The position numbers and the translations under genes are program-made. The notes beneath the pieces are model-generated. The model did no database searches and was not told where the DNA came from. It worked only from the letters and a program-made list of their open reading frames with translations. This document shows positions 37,619-50,922 of a DNA stretch of 59,136 bases, piece after piece. The number at the start of each line of letters is the position of its first letter. Positions within the stretch are counted from its first letter, which is position 1. Source of the DNA: Octopus bimaculoides (Eukaryota); NCBI RefSeq assembly GCF_001194135.2, contig NC_068986.1:58494445-58553580 (forward strand), read 5' to 3'.

Positions 37619-38387
37619 TATGTATAACTAATATAGAAAAATTACAATGTAAATAGAAGTCATTAGCTCAATAGTTAATATCATATATTAATTTCGGCAA
37701 GTACAGAAGACAACTTCCGACATGTTTTGTTCTTATTAGATTTCTTCAACGAAACATAGACTTCACCGTGTTTGCTGAAGTAGTGATGAGAGAATAACTA
37801 AATAAACCGGATGACGTCTTAAAGTAATTGACGCCAGTGATTTATTTCATAAATCATTAGGATATCGAATTTCTTTGTGAAGCGGGTTAGTGAGAACGCA
37901 ATCACATCCTATGAAGAATATATTAAGAAGTAATAAATTAATATTTAATGGCTACTACGTAGTCTGTTAAGCATTATGTGCAAAACAGGTTTGCTTCTGG
38001 ATTTCAAACATAGGCAACTCAAGCAAAATGCAATCTAAAAGAAATACAAACTACACATATCCCATCATATCTATTTCTTCTACTTCTGTTACAAGTTGGC
38101 TACCGCAGTCTAAACCAGTACCTTTATGAGATAGTACCAGAAATACAGAAACTTAATACAATGTTACTGTTTTCTGTAAAACTATCTGTAAATTAACAAT
38201 GTGATATTCAGTAATTGTCAAATTTATGAACTTAGATAAATCCTGGAGTTGCCTGTTCAAAGAACATGGTTAAACCTCTTACAATAAAAGTCCAAAGTGC
38301 CACTCACACCTCCACCACAGAAGCCAACGTCATACCACCTATTATCTTGCTCCCATCGGCCTGTCTATTTTTCTGCCCATATCTCCC

Positions 38388-38435
<48 letters not shown>

Positions 38436-39163
38436 AAGCAATATACCTTGTTATGTGTTAACCTCTGACGTGACTTCGAAAAACAACGTATTTTGTTCGA
38501 CTCGTTGCTTTTAATAAAATATATTTATTTATTTGCTGTTCTGTATGCTTAGAACAGACCAGCCCAATCGACACCATCTTATATTTTCACGAAATAAAGC
38601 AGACGACCAATATGTACTTCCTTTTGGGTAATGGTATGGTGCAATTAGCTAGTTGTTAAGCTGCTATACAAATAGAATTCTTGTTGTTTGCAATAAGTAG
38701 ATTAGTTGCTTCCAGTTTATTTTAAACCAAATTATGGAACAAACTTCCAGCTAGTATTACGGATTTATATGGAAAAGGCCAAGGATTACAACTAAAGTAC
38801 AAATACGAGGAAATATCTTGAAGGAAAGTCTTGCGATCATGACTTTATGATACTTATGCTTTACTAAAACAAGTAAAATATCCGACGGACTTAACAAAAT
38901 ACAAATAGAAGGAGAGGAAGAGAAATAGAAAAAAAACTATGCCAATCAGTTGATAAATATCTTAATAGGATTTTACCTTATACCAATGGTTCCTAGAAAG
39001 TAACCCTGAACAGACGCTACAAAAATATAACACTTTAATACAACTACAAACTAAACTCAGCAAACATTTCATATCGATGTTTGATAATACAAAAAAATAC
39101 GATTGATTTTTGTTGCTTTGGCTTTCGAGAATTTCAAACACCTTAACACAACTGGATAGGAGG

Positions 39164-39164
<1 letters not shown>

Positions 39165-39211
<47 letters not shown>

Positions 39212-39212
39212 A
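39165..39212. repeat. (CTA)n microsatellite
   Basis: Direct repeat. Confidence 0.95.
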
Positions 39213-39400
39213 ACTGCACTGACCGGTAAAGGAATACAGCATCATTTACATGTAAAAACAAAGATATATAAATCAATCATGCTCAGTTGTAAAATAGATC
39301 AAAACATCAAAAGATTGAACTTACTTTGTTATTATATATAATCAAAGGAATCCATCCACGGGTCATTACATTCCCTTTTTCCTTTTCTCTATCTATCTAC

Positions 39401-39449
<49 letters not shown>

Positions 39450-39757
39450 CATAGATAGATAAATATATATACATATATATANNNNNNNNNNNNNNNNNNN
39501 NNNNNNNNNNNNNNNNNNNNNNNNNNNNNNNNNNNNNNNNNNNNNNNNNNNNNNNNNNNNNNNNNNNNNNNNNNNNNNNNNNNNNNNNNNNNNNNNNNNN
39601 NNNNNNNNNNNNNNNNNNNNNNNNNNNNNNNNNNNNNNNNNNNNNNNNNNNNNNNNNNNNNNNNNNNNNNNNNNNNNNNNNNNNNNNNNNNNNNNNNNNN
39701 NNNNNNNNNNNNNNNNNNNNNNNNNNNNNNNNNNNNNNNNNNNNNNNNNNNNNNNTG

Positions 39758-39818
<61 letters not shown>

Positions 39819-40154
39819 ATATCAATATCTATCTATGGGTCAATCTATCGCTCTCTCTCTCTCACTCTCTGTGTGTGTGTGTCATTTTGTGTGATTCTGC
39901 TAGTGTCAAGGGCACTCAGACAGGTTGATTGCTCATCGCGAGATATTTGCTTGAGCCTCAGCACCGGTCTTCCTCTTTGTTGAGAAAAGCAAGTTATAAT
40001 GAGTATCAGCTAATGAGTATCAACTATTGTCTGATGATATGTACTCAATCGGTTTGAGTACATGATAGTAACATGGACTGACAAGAATTCAAGGTTCTCA
40101 ACTATTAAAAAGGATTTTCTAAAGTCTGAAATCAAGCATCACAATCACCAAGAT

Positions 40155-40830
40155 CCCTTGACTGATGCAGCCAGTTTCTGGGGTACTACTCTAGACGCTT
40201 TCGTAGTCAGCCGTCGCCACTAGTCTCTGTTGTTTGTCATACCTCGCAGGTTTGCTGTGTTGTGACTTATTTCGTCACAACACAGGATTTTCTCTGTTTC
40301 TCTTTCGCACTCGCCCAACTTCGCCCTGAGGAATGGTTTTGGACAGGAGTTGTGGCGTGATATGTGACCGTACCAGGCAAGCTTTCGCCTTTTTACCAGC
40401 GCAAGGAGTGTTTCCTGCCTGCCAGCGTATTCATCAACTTGCTGCCTGACAAAGCTGTTCGTTTTGTGCAGTGTACGGGATATGCAGTGGAAAAACTAGT
40501 GGAATTGCTTTTCCATTGCTTCGTTATGGCAACAGAAGCTAAACTGAGTCTAGTTGCTATCTCCTTTTGAGATCTGTCAACCTTGATCAAAGTGGATCCT
40601 AGGTACTTAAAGGTGTCCACTTCACTAAGTCTCTATTTAACATAATGTTGGTTACTGTGTTTTGGCTGTTACTGTTAACCAAAATCTTGCTCTTTTCTGA
40701 GAAGACCTCCATCCCGTATGCTCCTGATACTTTTTTCGGTCTGATAGTGAGCTCCTGTAGTTCTGCTTAACTGCTACCTAACAGGTCAATATCATCAGCA
40801 AAGTGCAGGTTGGAAATGAAGTGTTCAGTT
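40155..40830 (-). pseudogene. RTE-clade LINE 3' fragment (RT C-terminus)
   Basis: ISNLHFADDIDLL..ELQEL..YGMEVFSEKSKILVN..VDTFKYLGSTL..SQKEIATRLSLAS, then HISRHNS..KTIPQG. Confidence 0.85.
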
Positions 40831-41949
40831 AGAGATAATACCTTAGTTACCAGCAGCAACATCCTTAAGGATGGACGGGTACATTGGTTTTCACCTAACT
40901 CTCACTTTTGGCCCCAAGACCATTCTCAGCTACACCCTGGTAACTGCTTCTGCTGGCAGGCTAAACTTAATAAGAACCTGAACGCTTGGAGAGGATATGG
41001 GCAAAATCAAACATAATACCATAATATATACACAAACAAGTGTTAACATGCCGGATCAGTCATGGCCTGGAAAACCAATGACCGTACTCTCCACTGATAT
41101 TTCCCGGGGTGGAGGCGAACAAGATGCAGCTGAGATGATGATAACAACAGTAACAAAATCTTAAATTATATTTGTTTAAATACGCAACGCACCAAAGATA
41201 CTCGTTGCAGCACACTCTTTGGGAACCACTACTCGAGAAAGACAGGATAATCATGAACAGTATATCTTTGATTATAGGTCCCATGGACCTGGGTTGATCT
41301 GATCTTAACAATAAAAATCGCGTGAAGCCCAACTAGATATCAATGGATTTATGTAGGTCCTTATTATTTCGTACATGTTTCTGGTGAGTGGTGAATAATG
41401 ATGACATGAGGTTATGCGGCTGCTAATAAAGATTCCTAATATTTCTTATGGTTTGGGTAACGAGCAGTCGCTGGGAGATATGTTTAACAGCAATGTTTTA
41501 TAACTGATGGTATTACTCAAGAGTAAGCTTTAAACTGGATATCGTGTTAAACCTAAATATATTTAGTATATTCTTTACTCCTGAATAAAAGCAAAACGCT
41601 AATGTATCTACATGCATAGGTTTGTATGATGGTGACACAAGAAAGATATCATTAATATTTCAAATAAAAGGCATTACGAAGCTTTGCAAAGCTGTTAATA
41701 CCCATTTGTAACATCATATTTTATAGCATTAAGTGGATAAGATATGATTTTTCTGCAAAGACAAGAGCCTTGTGATGATGTAAGAAATTAATATTTGCAA
41801 TGAAGTTTTTCATTGCCGCTTACTATGATGTAAAAGACAATTGTTTTGGCACCCTGTAGCCTCTCACACCGTTTACTCACATCGTTTACTCTTCTACAAT
41901 ATATCTCCTCCTGGATTACCTGTCAGTGACCAACTGTTTCCAGATGTCA

Positions 41950-43385
41950 GTAAAATGTGTTAAAACAGAAAAGGTCATGCTTCAAAGCATTCTTAATGTT
42001 AACTTTGGCCAAACTCCATTGCATTCGGTGAACAACAGCTTCCCATATAAAATATCTCAAGGAAAACATTTGGGTGGTTGCAAAGCTTGTCATTTCTTAC
42101 TTTAAAAGTTTTAAAGATATTTTGGCAGCAAAGATAGCGTTCTTTTTTACTATAGGAAGTTTAAATGAAGGTGTAGCAAATATTAATAGATTGTATTGCC
42201 AGGAAATAAGCACAAGCAAATCCAAAGTACCAAAATAAGCAGTTTTCTGTGACGTAGTAGTACTAATAATTAAACAGGCCACTCTTTACGTGTTATCTCT
42301 CCATAAGTAGGTGCGATACGATTAGTTCTATATGCATAATGAAGTGAAGAATTGTATCTTGTGTGAGGAGGATCAAAATAAGTGGCAGGTAGTTTGTGTG
42401 GTATACGAGCGTATCTTTATATGTTGTATTTATATGTTGTTAACCTTCAGGTAAAGACTGACAGTGCTTCTGTTGGTAATGTTTTATGACTCAAAGATTT
42501 TTCTTTTTTAATCTGCTTGTATTCACATTGAGAGTTACATCTGTTACGTAATGAAACAACTTCTTGTTATTCTCTAAAAAGCCTTAACTATCGGATTCTT
42601 TAACATAGGGAAACAATGTCATGAAGATCTATCACCATACACGTCAAAATAGAAGTAAGAACATTTATTAAACGGGGAATATCACGGGGCCCGCTTGTGA
42701 ATATGAATAGGTGGGGGAAGCACAACTGTCAAAGAACAAACATTCTTTTTAATATAAGGAAGAAAGAAAGATCCACAAAAGTAATAATTGTTAGTTTAAC
42801 TTAAGAAGCATCGCTGACATACAGAAACACTAAAAGAAGTACTGTCGTCATTGACCGTGGTGTAAACATACAAGTGGAGAAAAAGGACCCAACATCACCT
42901 GAAGAATAGATATGCAGCGTGTCAGAGTGTACAGGTAAGGAGAACGCAAAACATGCCACACAAAGTGCACATTCTCAAAAAATATCCTGAATGTACCCCA
43001 CTTTCACTTCTCAGAATGTATGAGGAGAAATATGTTTGCGGGTTATTGACATCACGCCCTGGAGGAATGAATAAGATGACAGGAGAATATCATCAAATTT
43101 ATACAAAACTGTTTGATTGAATATTCTTCTTTCTCTCTTTTTCTTTTCTTTTTCTGTCGTCTTCCTTTTTCTTTCTTTCTTTCTGCTTATTAAAAAACTG
43201 ACAAAAGCTGATGATGTCATTCTATCAACGTATGGACGCTGATTACTCACGTTCATAGTCTACGTTTGGTTTCTGAAATTTTGAATTTTCAATCACCTTT
43301 TGGTTTGAACTTGAGAAAGACAGACGTTCTGTCGAAATGTTGTTAAAAAAATAAAACATCTAAAATCGCGCTCTTCGTTTTGACT
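41950..43385 (+). pseudogene. Highly degenerate Penelope-like element relic with 3' tail
   Basis: GIY-YIG-like CKHTSGEKG..RIDMQR and RMYEEKYVCGLLTSRPGGMNK; a faint RT-like N..F..NN..QG..G segment near 42010-42090; hammerhead-like tail at 43304-43348. Confidence 0.45.
43304..43348 (+). ncRNA. Minimal hammerhead-like motif, U3-A8 variant
   Basis: tttgaac-TTGAGAA-A-GACAGA cgt TCTGTC-GAAA-TGTT-gttaaaa: stem I 6 of 7 paired, 6-bp stem II, and stem III ATGT (ACGT with CpG decay is inferred). Confidence 0.5.
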
Positions 43386-43427
43386 ATTATTATTATTATT
43401 ATTATTAATATTATTATTATTATTACT

Positions 43428-46400
43428 ATATGTTTGACTTTTGCTTTTTATTTGTACAAGTTGACTCCAGGTCTCACCCAGAAACCTCAAGAGACAACAA
43501 ATTAGAAGTTTATGTTGGTGTTATCCCTAGGGTGTCATATATTTCGTTTTGCACATAGCATTGTTCTAGAGAATGTCTAAGAAAACATAAGAAAATTATG
43601 AGTTTGTTTTAAAAAGTTGAGATTACATACATAGTATTTTACGTAGGAGATGGACAGTTCCCATGAGCACTATTTTTTGAATTTCTGCCATTTTGGGATT
43701 TCCTGGTATCTGAGCTAGGTAGCAATCAGCCCCTTTTGCTATCATTCGCAGGGCACCTATGACAACAAGTATTGTTTTAGTCTTCAGGTTCCACATTTTG
43801 CTGATTTCTATTTCAAGATCTTTATACTTGCTCAGTTTTTGGTAGGTCTTGACAGATACATTTATATCGATTGGGACAGTCATATCAAAGAGGAGGCATG
43901 ATTTTTGTCTGAAGACTTTGAATATGATGTCTGGCCTATTTGTATCTGTCTTTCCGTCAGTTTGTATGGTGAAGTTCCAGTGGAGTGAGATGTGAGTATT
44001 TTCAAGCACTAGACGTGGTTCGTGTTCCCACCAGTTTTTATCATGGGGCAGGTCCAGGTTGTTGCAAATTACCCAGTGAATATATTTTGCTGTTCTGCCA
44101 TGCCTGTTGAGATACTCTGTAGGTGCAAGAAGACTGCACATGGAAACATCATGATCAATGATTTCATTTTCTTGTTGACACGCACGACATGTTGGGCTAC
44201 TGCCGTTCTTTAAAATGTTGGCCTGGTAGTTTCCTGTAGGTAGATATTGATCTTGGGCTGCTATGATAAGCCCTTCTGTTTCTGATTTTACAACAGAAGA
44301 CGCTAATCATTGATGGCTAAGGGCTTTGTCAACATCGGCACTATTAGCTCTCTTTAGGTATTTTCCATTGAGAGGTTTTTCTTGCCATTTGTCAGTAAGA
44401 ATATCTAAGGTAGCAGTTTTAGCATGGGTTTTCATACGCTTAGCTTTTTCTGTGCTTGTTTCTAGTACGTTTTATTCTAGAATTTGTTGTATTTCGAATT
44501 CACTTAGATATTCCTTCACCTGTTTAGTTACTGAGTATGATGCTTTCTTGTTTTCATGCTTTGAGACAAGTTTTAACATCCAGTCATCAGAGTTTTTCAG
44601 GTAGGTGTCTAGGCCAATTGTGGCAATTTCGTTGTTTATTTCCAGTTTCAAAAGTCCACGGCCTCTCTCTTTTCTTGGCAGGTAAAGTCGTTCTATATCT
44701 GCCTTAGGGTGGTGCAATATAAGCATTGTCAACGATTTTCGTATCTTTCTCTCAAGATTACATATTTCAGTAATTGACCAGTTAATGATATTCAAACTGT
44801 AAGTCACGACTGGCATGGCTAAAGTATTGATCGCTTCGATCTTGTTTCTTGCATTCAACTCTGTCCTGAGTATCGCCCTTACCCTGCGATATCATTTTTT
44901 TCTGTTCCTTTCCCTCACCACTGAATGTTTGATTTCACCCCCTTCAAATACCCCTAGGCATTTGTATTTCTCCGCTGGTTCTAACTCTTTTATGACATTC
45001 TGCTGGTTAAGGTTAACGTTAGATGTTTCTGTTATTTTTCCTTTGATAACCGTAGCTTTTGCTCATTTATCGAGGCCAAATTGCATCCTGATGTCATCAT
45101 TGAATTGTTTAACAATCGCTAGTAAGCCTTGTAGTTGTTGGTCATGTTTTAGAAGGAGTTTTAAATCATCCGTGTAAATAAGATCATTTATANNNNNNNN
45201 NNCCGAGAAAATTCGATAGAGGCTAGACAAAAGAAGAGTGGTGATAGCGAGTCACCGTGGAAAATGCCACATGAAATTCTTACATCTCCAGCATTAAGAG
45301 ATTCAGTATTAGTAATCAAAGTCAGTGTGATTCTCCATGAACTCATACAGACAAGACGTTTCGCAGAGTAGGTGTTATTTTATACATCTCCAGACATTTC
45401 TTAATCCAGCTACGTGGTAGACTATCAAAAGCTTTTTTTTATAGTCTATCCAGGCTATCAACAAGTTTTTGTATCGTTTGTGACAATCTTCCAAGTTCAT
45501 CTTATTGATGAGTAGCTGACCTTTACAACCATAGGACCCACGATTACATACTTTATGCTCATTAGGGAATATGCCACTTTGTATTAAAAAACTATAGGTA
45601 TATTCAGTCAAGACAGATGTTAGCATTTTATACATTGTTGTTAATCAGGTTAAGGGTCTATAATTTTATGGTTCATTTGTTTCTTCATTTTTTGGAAGTA
45701 GGAATGTTACACCATTAACTAGCCAAGAGGGAATCATGTTGTAAAGTTTTGTTAGCAGTTCATGACTCTCTGGGAAGGCATTTAATCAGAAGCTAAAAAT
45801 TTTATCCTTTCCTGGAGACTTCTATTTGCTTGACCCCCTGAGAGTAGATCTTAATCCTTTGACTTGATACCCTCTCACTTTTGCTCTTCTAAGGAGTTTA
45901 TTTCTGTAGATATTCTATCAATAGATAGAATTGTATGTTTTTTCTTCTGCCGAAATTTTATTCCAAAATTCCTGCACTTCTTTTGATGGGACAAACTTTA
46001 GTGTAACTGGTATTTTCTCTATCACCCAGTAAAATTTTTGGGGGTTATTTTGGAACCTGTTGTTGTCCTTGAAAAATCTAACGCGCTTTTCATACCTTGC
46101 TATGCAGCTTTAGCACATACCTTTTGCTTGATAGTTTCTATGGGGGTATCGATGTCAAATATGGTCTTCACATTATATTTTTTCTTTAATCTTCGGATTT
46201 TTGTTGGTTTGATGGTCTTGTCAAACTTAAGATTTTTTAGACATTCTTTGTCAGGCCTAAGTAGTTGAATTTGGTGTTGAAAACGCTCTTGCCAAGTAAT
46301 GGGAATGTTGTCGTTTTCTAATCTTTTCACCGAATAGAATCGTTGAGATTTTCGCGGAGGCGTAGTACAGGTGGTTTCTTCTCTCTCGTTGACTGTTCTT

Positions 46401-46440
46401 GTTCAGAATTCATGAGCATTTTCAAGTCCATTTTTGTTAA
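43428..46440 (-). mobile_element. R4/Dong-clade non-LTR retrotransposon relic (RT plus restriction-like endonuclease), 5'-truncated
   Basis: YKMLTS..GCKGQLLINK..IAWIDYKK; GIFHGDSLSPLFFCLA; LIYTDDLKL; NARNKIEAINTLAMPVVTYS..HHPKADIERLYLPRKERGRGL; YLNRH..IHW..NRPDII..FDMTVP..KLSKYKDL. Many frameshifts. Confidence 0.93.
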
Positions 46441-46444
46441 CTCC

Positions 46445-46526
46445 TTTTTTGTTATTATCATTATTATTATTATAGTTGTTGTTATTGTTTTTGTTGTTGT
46501 TTTTGTTATTATTACTATCATCATCA

Positions 46527-46560
<34 letters not shown>
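46445..46560. repeat. (TTA)/(TTG)/(TCA) trinucleotide tract
   Basis: Direct repeats at the 5' boundary of the Dong relic. Confidence 0.9.
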
Positions 46561-46714
46561 CCTTTCGGGGTCGATAAATTAAGTACCTGTTGCGTACTGG
46601 GATCGATCAAATACTCTGGTCACCTCCCCAAAAAATTTCAGGCCTTGTGCCTATAGTAGAAAGGAATATTATTATTATTATTATTATCATTATTATTATT
46701 ATTATTATTATTAT
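46560..46714 (+). mobile_element. SINE family A, 3' part with (ATT)n tail
   Basis: 'cctttcggggtcgataaattaagtacc...caggccttgtgcctatagtagaaagga(att)n'. Confidence 0.85.
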
Positions 46715-46924
46715 NNNNNNNNNNNNNNNNNNNNNNNNNNNNNNNNNNNNNNNNNNNNNNNNNNNNNNNNNNNNNNNNNNNNNNNNNNNNNNNNNNNNNN
46801 NNNNNNNNNNNNNNNNNNNNNNNNNNNNNNNNNNNNNNNNNNNNNNNNNNNNNNNNNNNNNNNNNNNNNNNNNNNNNNNNNNNNNNNNNNNNNNNNNNNN
46901 NNNNNNNNNNNNNNNNNNNNNNNG

Positions 46925-47275
46925 ATAAGATAACTACCAGTTGAACGCTGCGGTCGATGTAATCGACTTATCCCCCTCCCGCAAATCTGCTGCCCTTGTG
47001 GCAAAACTCGAAACCATTAATATTTTCATTATTTTATCTCTCTCGCCACCGTGAGAGCAGAACCATGAGAGCGTAAAAAAAAAAAAAACTACTTTGCGGC
47101 ATTCATTCCGCCCTTTTACGTTCCGAGTTCAAAACCTGTCGAGATCGGTTTTGCTTTACATCTATCCAGAGCCGATATGAAATAGTACCAGTCTAGTACT
47201 AGAGTCGATGGTTTCGTATACTCCCCACACCCACGTAACTTCTGGCCTTATGCGTAAATTAGAGCTCTTTCTTAT
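46925..47275 (+). mobile_element. Two adjacent SINE family A copies (partial plus degenerate full length)
   Basis: 'actaccagttg..gtcgatgtaatcgactt..ccttgtggcaaaactcgaaacc', then 'gcggcattcattccgccc..gttccgagttcaaaa..tagtaccagtc'. Confidence 0.65.
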
Positions 47276-49298
47276 CGGCATATTTTTTCAGATTACTATA
47301 CAGTATATCTTGATATTATTTGGGTTCTTTTTCTCTTTTTGACAACGAGATGTAAATTCAGGTAGATTTGGTTGTTATATCTAGTAAAATTCAATAAGAT
47401 AGCTTCTTGTCTCCTCGTTATCATGTTTGTTTATAAACAGGTTGTAAATCATAGTTTGAAGTTACGACACAACAGACTGTGTACGGTTAACTAAGCACAA
47501 ATAGACGTCAGCTGTGACCGTGCAACTACATTCAACTGTTGCACTTTAAATTTGACACAAATATATCTCAACCGTGACATTCCCAACGATAATACAAATG
47601 TAACTTCAATAACTAAACTATACTTGTGTGTTGTATTTTATTAGCACTATCACGCTACAGTCCAACTGTTACTATTGAGAAAACATATTTCAACTATACT
47701 ACTATAAAATGGATGATAAATCTTAATGGTGATAGTGTGAATAGAATTAAATATACTTTCACAAGAACACACCCATACAAACGTACTCACACACTAGCAT
47801 TTACTCACACATACATACGCTTGGACACACTGCACGCATCCATGCACAAATATACACACACATGTATATGCACATACATATACATAAACCCACATAGGTG
47901 TTTGTGTTTATGTGTGCGCGCGTGCGTTTTAGTACGTGTGGTTATACATATGATCGACGGAGAACATAAGTCAAATGAGAGGAAATGTGCATGTATGTGT
48001 GACAGAGAGAGAAAGAGAAAGGGAAGTATATATGTGGAAGTTATGTTACTGAAACCATCCCTTTTGTATGTATATATATATATATATATATATNNNNNNN
48101 NNNNNNNNNNNNNNNNNNNNNNNNNNNNNNNNNNNNNNNNNNNNNNNNNNNNNNNNNNNNNNNNNNNNNNNNNNNNNNNNNNNNNNNNNNNNNNNNNNNN
48201 NNNNNNNNNNNNNNNNNNNNNNNNNNNNNNNNNNNNNNNNNNNNNNNNNNNNNNNNNNNNNNNNNATATATATATATATATACATGTGTGTGTGTGTTTG
48301 TGTGCGTGTGTGTGTGTGCGTGCATACGTGTGATTGTGAATGTGTGTGTGTTCTGGATATGACTTTAAACTGCATTTGGTAGTGGGATCCTGATCCAGGA
48401 GTCCCAGTGTTTTGAAGGGTGTGAAACCACCCTTCAGTGACTATTGTTCCAGGTTTGTTCTGACCCGGTGCTGTGGTGCCTGTTGTGGTCACAGCTATGT
48501 ATTAACTATATGTGTTGATAATCTATCTGAGTGTGGGGATGCAGGAATACACTTTCTTGGTATCAGGTCGTGCAATAAAACAACCGGAGGACTAGCTGTC
48601 TTCACCAAATCCTTCTAGGAGAGGGATACAGTGATGTGAATGCTGCTATTTCCTGTGATTATTGTCCAGCTTGTTTTGGCTTATCACTAGGTATTAATCA
48701 CAGAGACTCACAGAGAATGGTATTCGTGTTCTACAAGCGTTTATTACTATAATCCAACGATGTACAGATGTCTCTTAATGGTCACCTCATTTGTCATTCC
48801 ATCTACTGAAAGATCTATGGCAATGGAGAAGTGCCAACGTGTGCAAAATAAACCAGTTGGAAGCGCACAATGAGCTACAACTGTCGTCTGTCACCAACGC
48901 TTCAATGCATGCAATTCCGCATGTGGGACTGAGCACTCATCTGAGAGATCTTAGACTTCCATTTACCGAGACGGCAATCCTCTGTGAAAATAGAGCAACC
49001 ATCATACACCACACACACACACATATATGTAAACATGTATGTATGTATACACACACACGCACGACACACACTTATACATACACGCACACACAACACGTAT
49101 ATGTGTATACAAAGTTGAGAAACACTTCACGTGAGAAATCGACCAGACGTGAATCTGAAGAAAAGATTCCTGTAACAGTTGGACTGGAAATAGGTACACG
49201 CACAAACACACACACATGCACACATACACATGTGCGTGAGCGCGTTTGCCTGTGTGTGCATGTGTACATATGTGTGTGTTTATATATATGCGTATGTG

Positions 49299-49340
<42 letters not shown>

Positions 49341-50742
49341 GATGTAATAGAGTTATTAATATTGACATTATGAGTCAAATATAGCGAATCGATCTGCACC
49401 AGGAAATGAGTGAATGAGGCATCTCACATAACTCAGACCTTTCTTCCCTGACAAATCTATCCAGAAAAGGGGTTCCAGGAAACACCGTTATTCAAAACAA
49501 ATAGGAGTAAGAAAAAGGAATCGGATGGGATTTGCATATGCCCTCGTAAAGAGATTATAAGTAGGCTCAGGATGATGCATGCCAGGATGTGTACTCACGC
49601 AGCTAAACTGAGTTACACATACGAAAACGTGTATATAATTTTTAGGCAAGTGAGGAGAGAGGTATAGCATGTGCAGTATACGCTAATCCAAACAGACGCT
49701 ACCATACAGGTGTCCGGAACATTAGCACAAACGTTGACTCTTAGCTTATTTTTACAATTGCATAACACTAAGGACATGTAGTTGAAAGAGATCTGTATGG
49801 ACATCCAGCTCCTGAGTAATTCCGAATATTACAAGACTATCTTGGAGTCTTACTCTTTTAAGTGAGCAGAGAGGAGGTCAATTAGTTTTGTAATGCGGAA
49901 GAGAAGGCTTTGTTGTTGTACGTTTAGCAGAAAAGGCTACTTAACTACCTTCTACGTAGAATAAGAAGGACAACGAAAAACAAAGAAAAAGTAGTTGCAG
50001 ACAGCATCAGAAGCATCCGCTCCACAACAGCAGATCTCAAAGGTTGCTGTTACCACTATTTCGAAAGACTACCAGTTGCAACTTCGAGAATAGATTGGGT
50101 GGAAGCAAATGAAATCGCTTAATCCATTTGTTCATCATCTTAGATTAATTGAGAGGGGAAGGAGACTAAAAAAGTGAAGGTAATTTGTAACAAAGAGAAA
50201 GAGAAAGGAAGACAGCCAAGACAAAACTAAACAAAATCAAGAGATTGGAGGTCCCTCACAATGAAGCAACCACCCCATGGAGTACCTGACCTTCTTTACA
50301 CGACAGATTAAGTGCAGTTTACATATTCTAATCTTGGCCCTAAAAGAGGACAAGTCAAATACTGTACTGCATGGGAGAAAGATGGAGTTGTGTAACCCTA
50401 GATGATAGATGGTTGATAATGACAATGTTAGGAGTCTATCGAGAGCTGGTGAATCGCAACCCCTCAAAATATGGGACCTGTTATGGTTTGATTAAAAGCT
50501 GAATGCATTGAAGAACAGTTGTAAAGAACCTAATTTGTAAATGATGATAAGATGAAAAGGTGCTCAGTGTTGTGGTGCCTTGATTTTATTTAGGTGGTGA
50601 TTCCTCGTAACTCTGTGAATAGGATGCTCTAATTTGTATTCAATTGTATTTTTTTTGTTTCCTATGTAACACATTCTTCACCCATCCTGATATATTACGT
50701 TTTCTACTCAATCCTGAATATTTTGTGAGCGCGTGTGTGTTT

Positions 50743-50744
<2 letters not shown>

Positions 50745-50803
<59 letters not shown>

Positions 50804-50922
50804 GGAGAAAGAGAGAGAGAGAGAAAGAGAGAAAGAAAGAGAAAGAGAGAGAGAGAAAGAGAGCGAGAAAGAGAGAGAGAAACAAAGAGAGAAAGAGAGA
50901 AAGAGAGAGAGAGAGAGAGAGA
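50745..50922. repeat. (GA)n / GA-rich microsatellite
   Basis: Direct repeat; it explains the ER-rich and SL-rich ORFs. Confidence 0.95.

Noticed and set aside
38563-38630. Peptide QPNRHH..DDQYVLPFG resembling the cytochrome P450 PERF-to-PFG spacing
   Set aside because: Only three matching residues, an immediate stop unless spliced, and no other P450 exon is seen.
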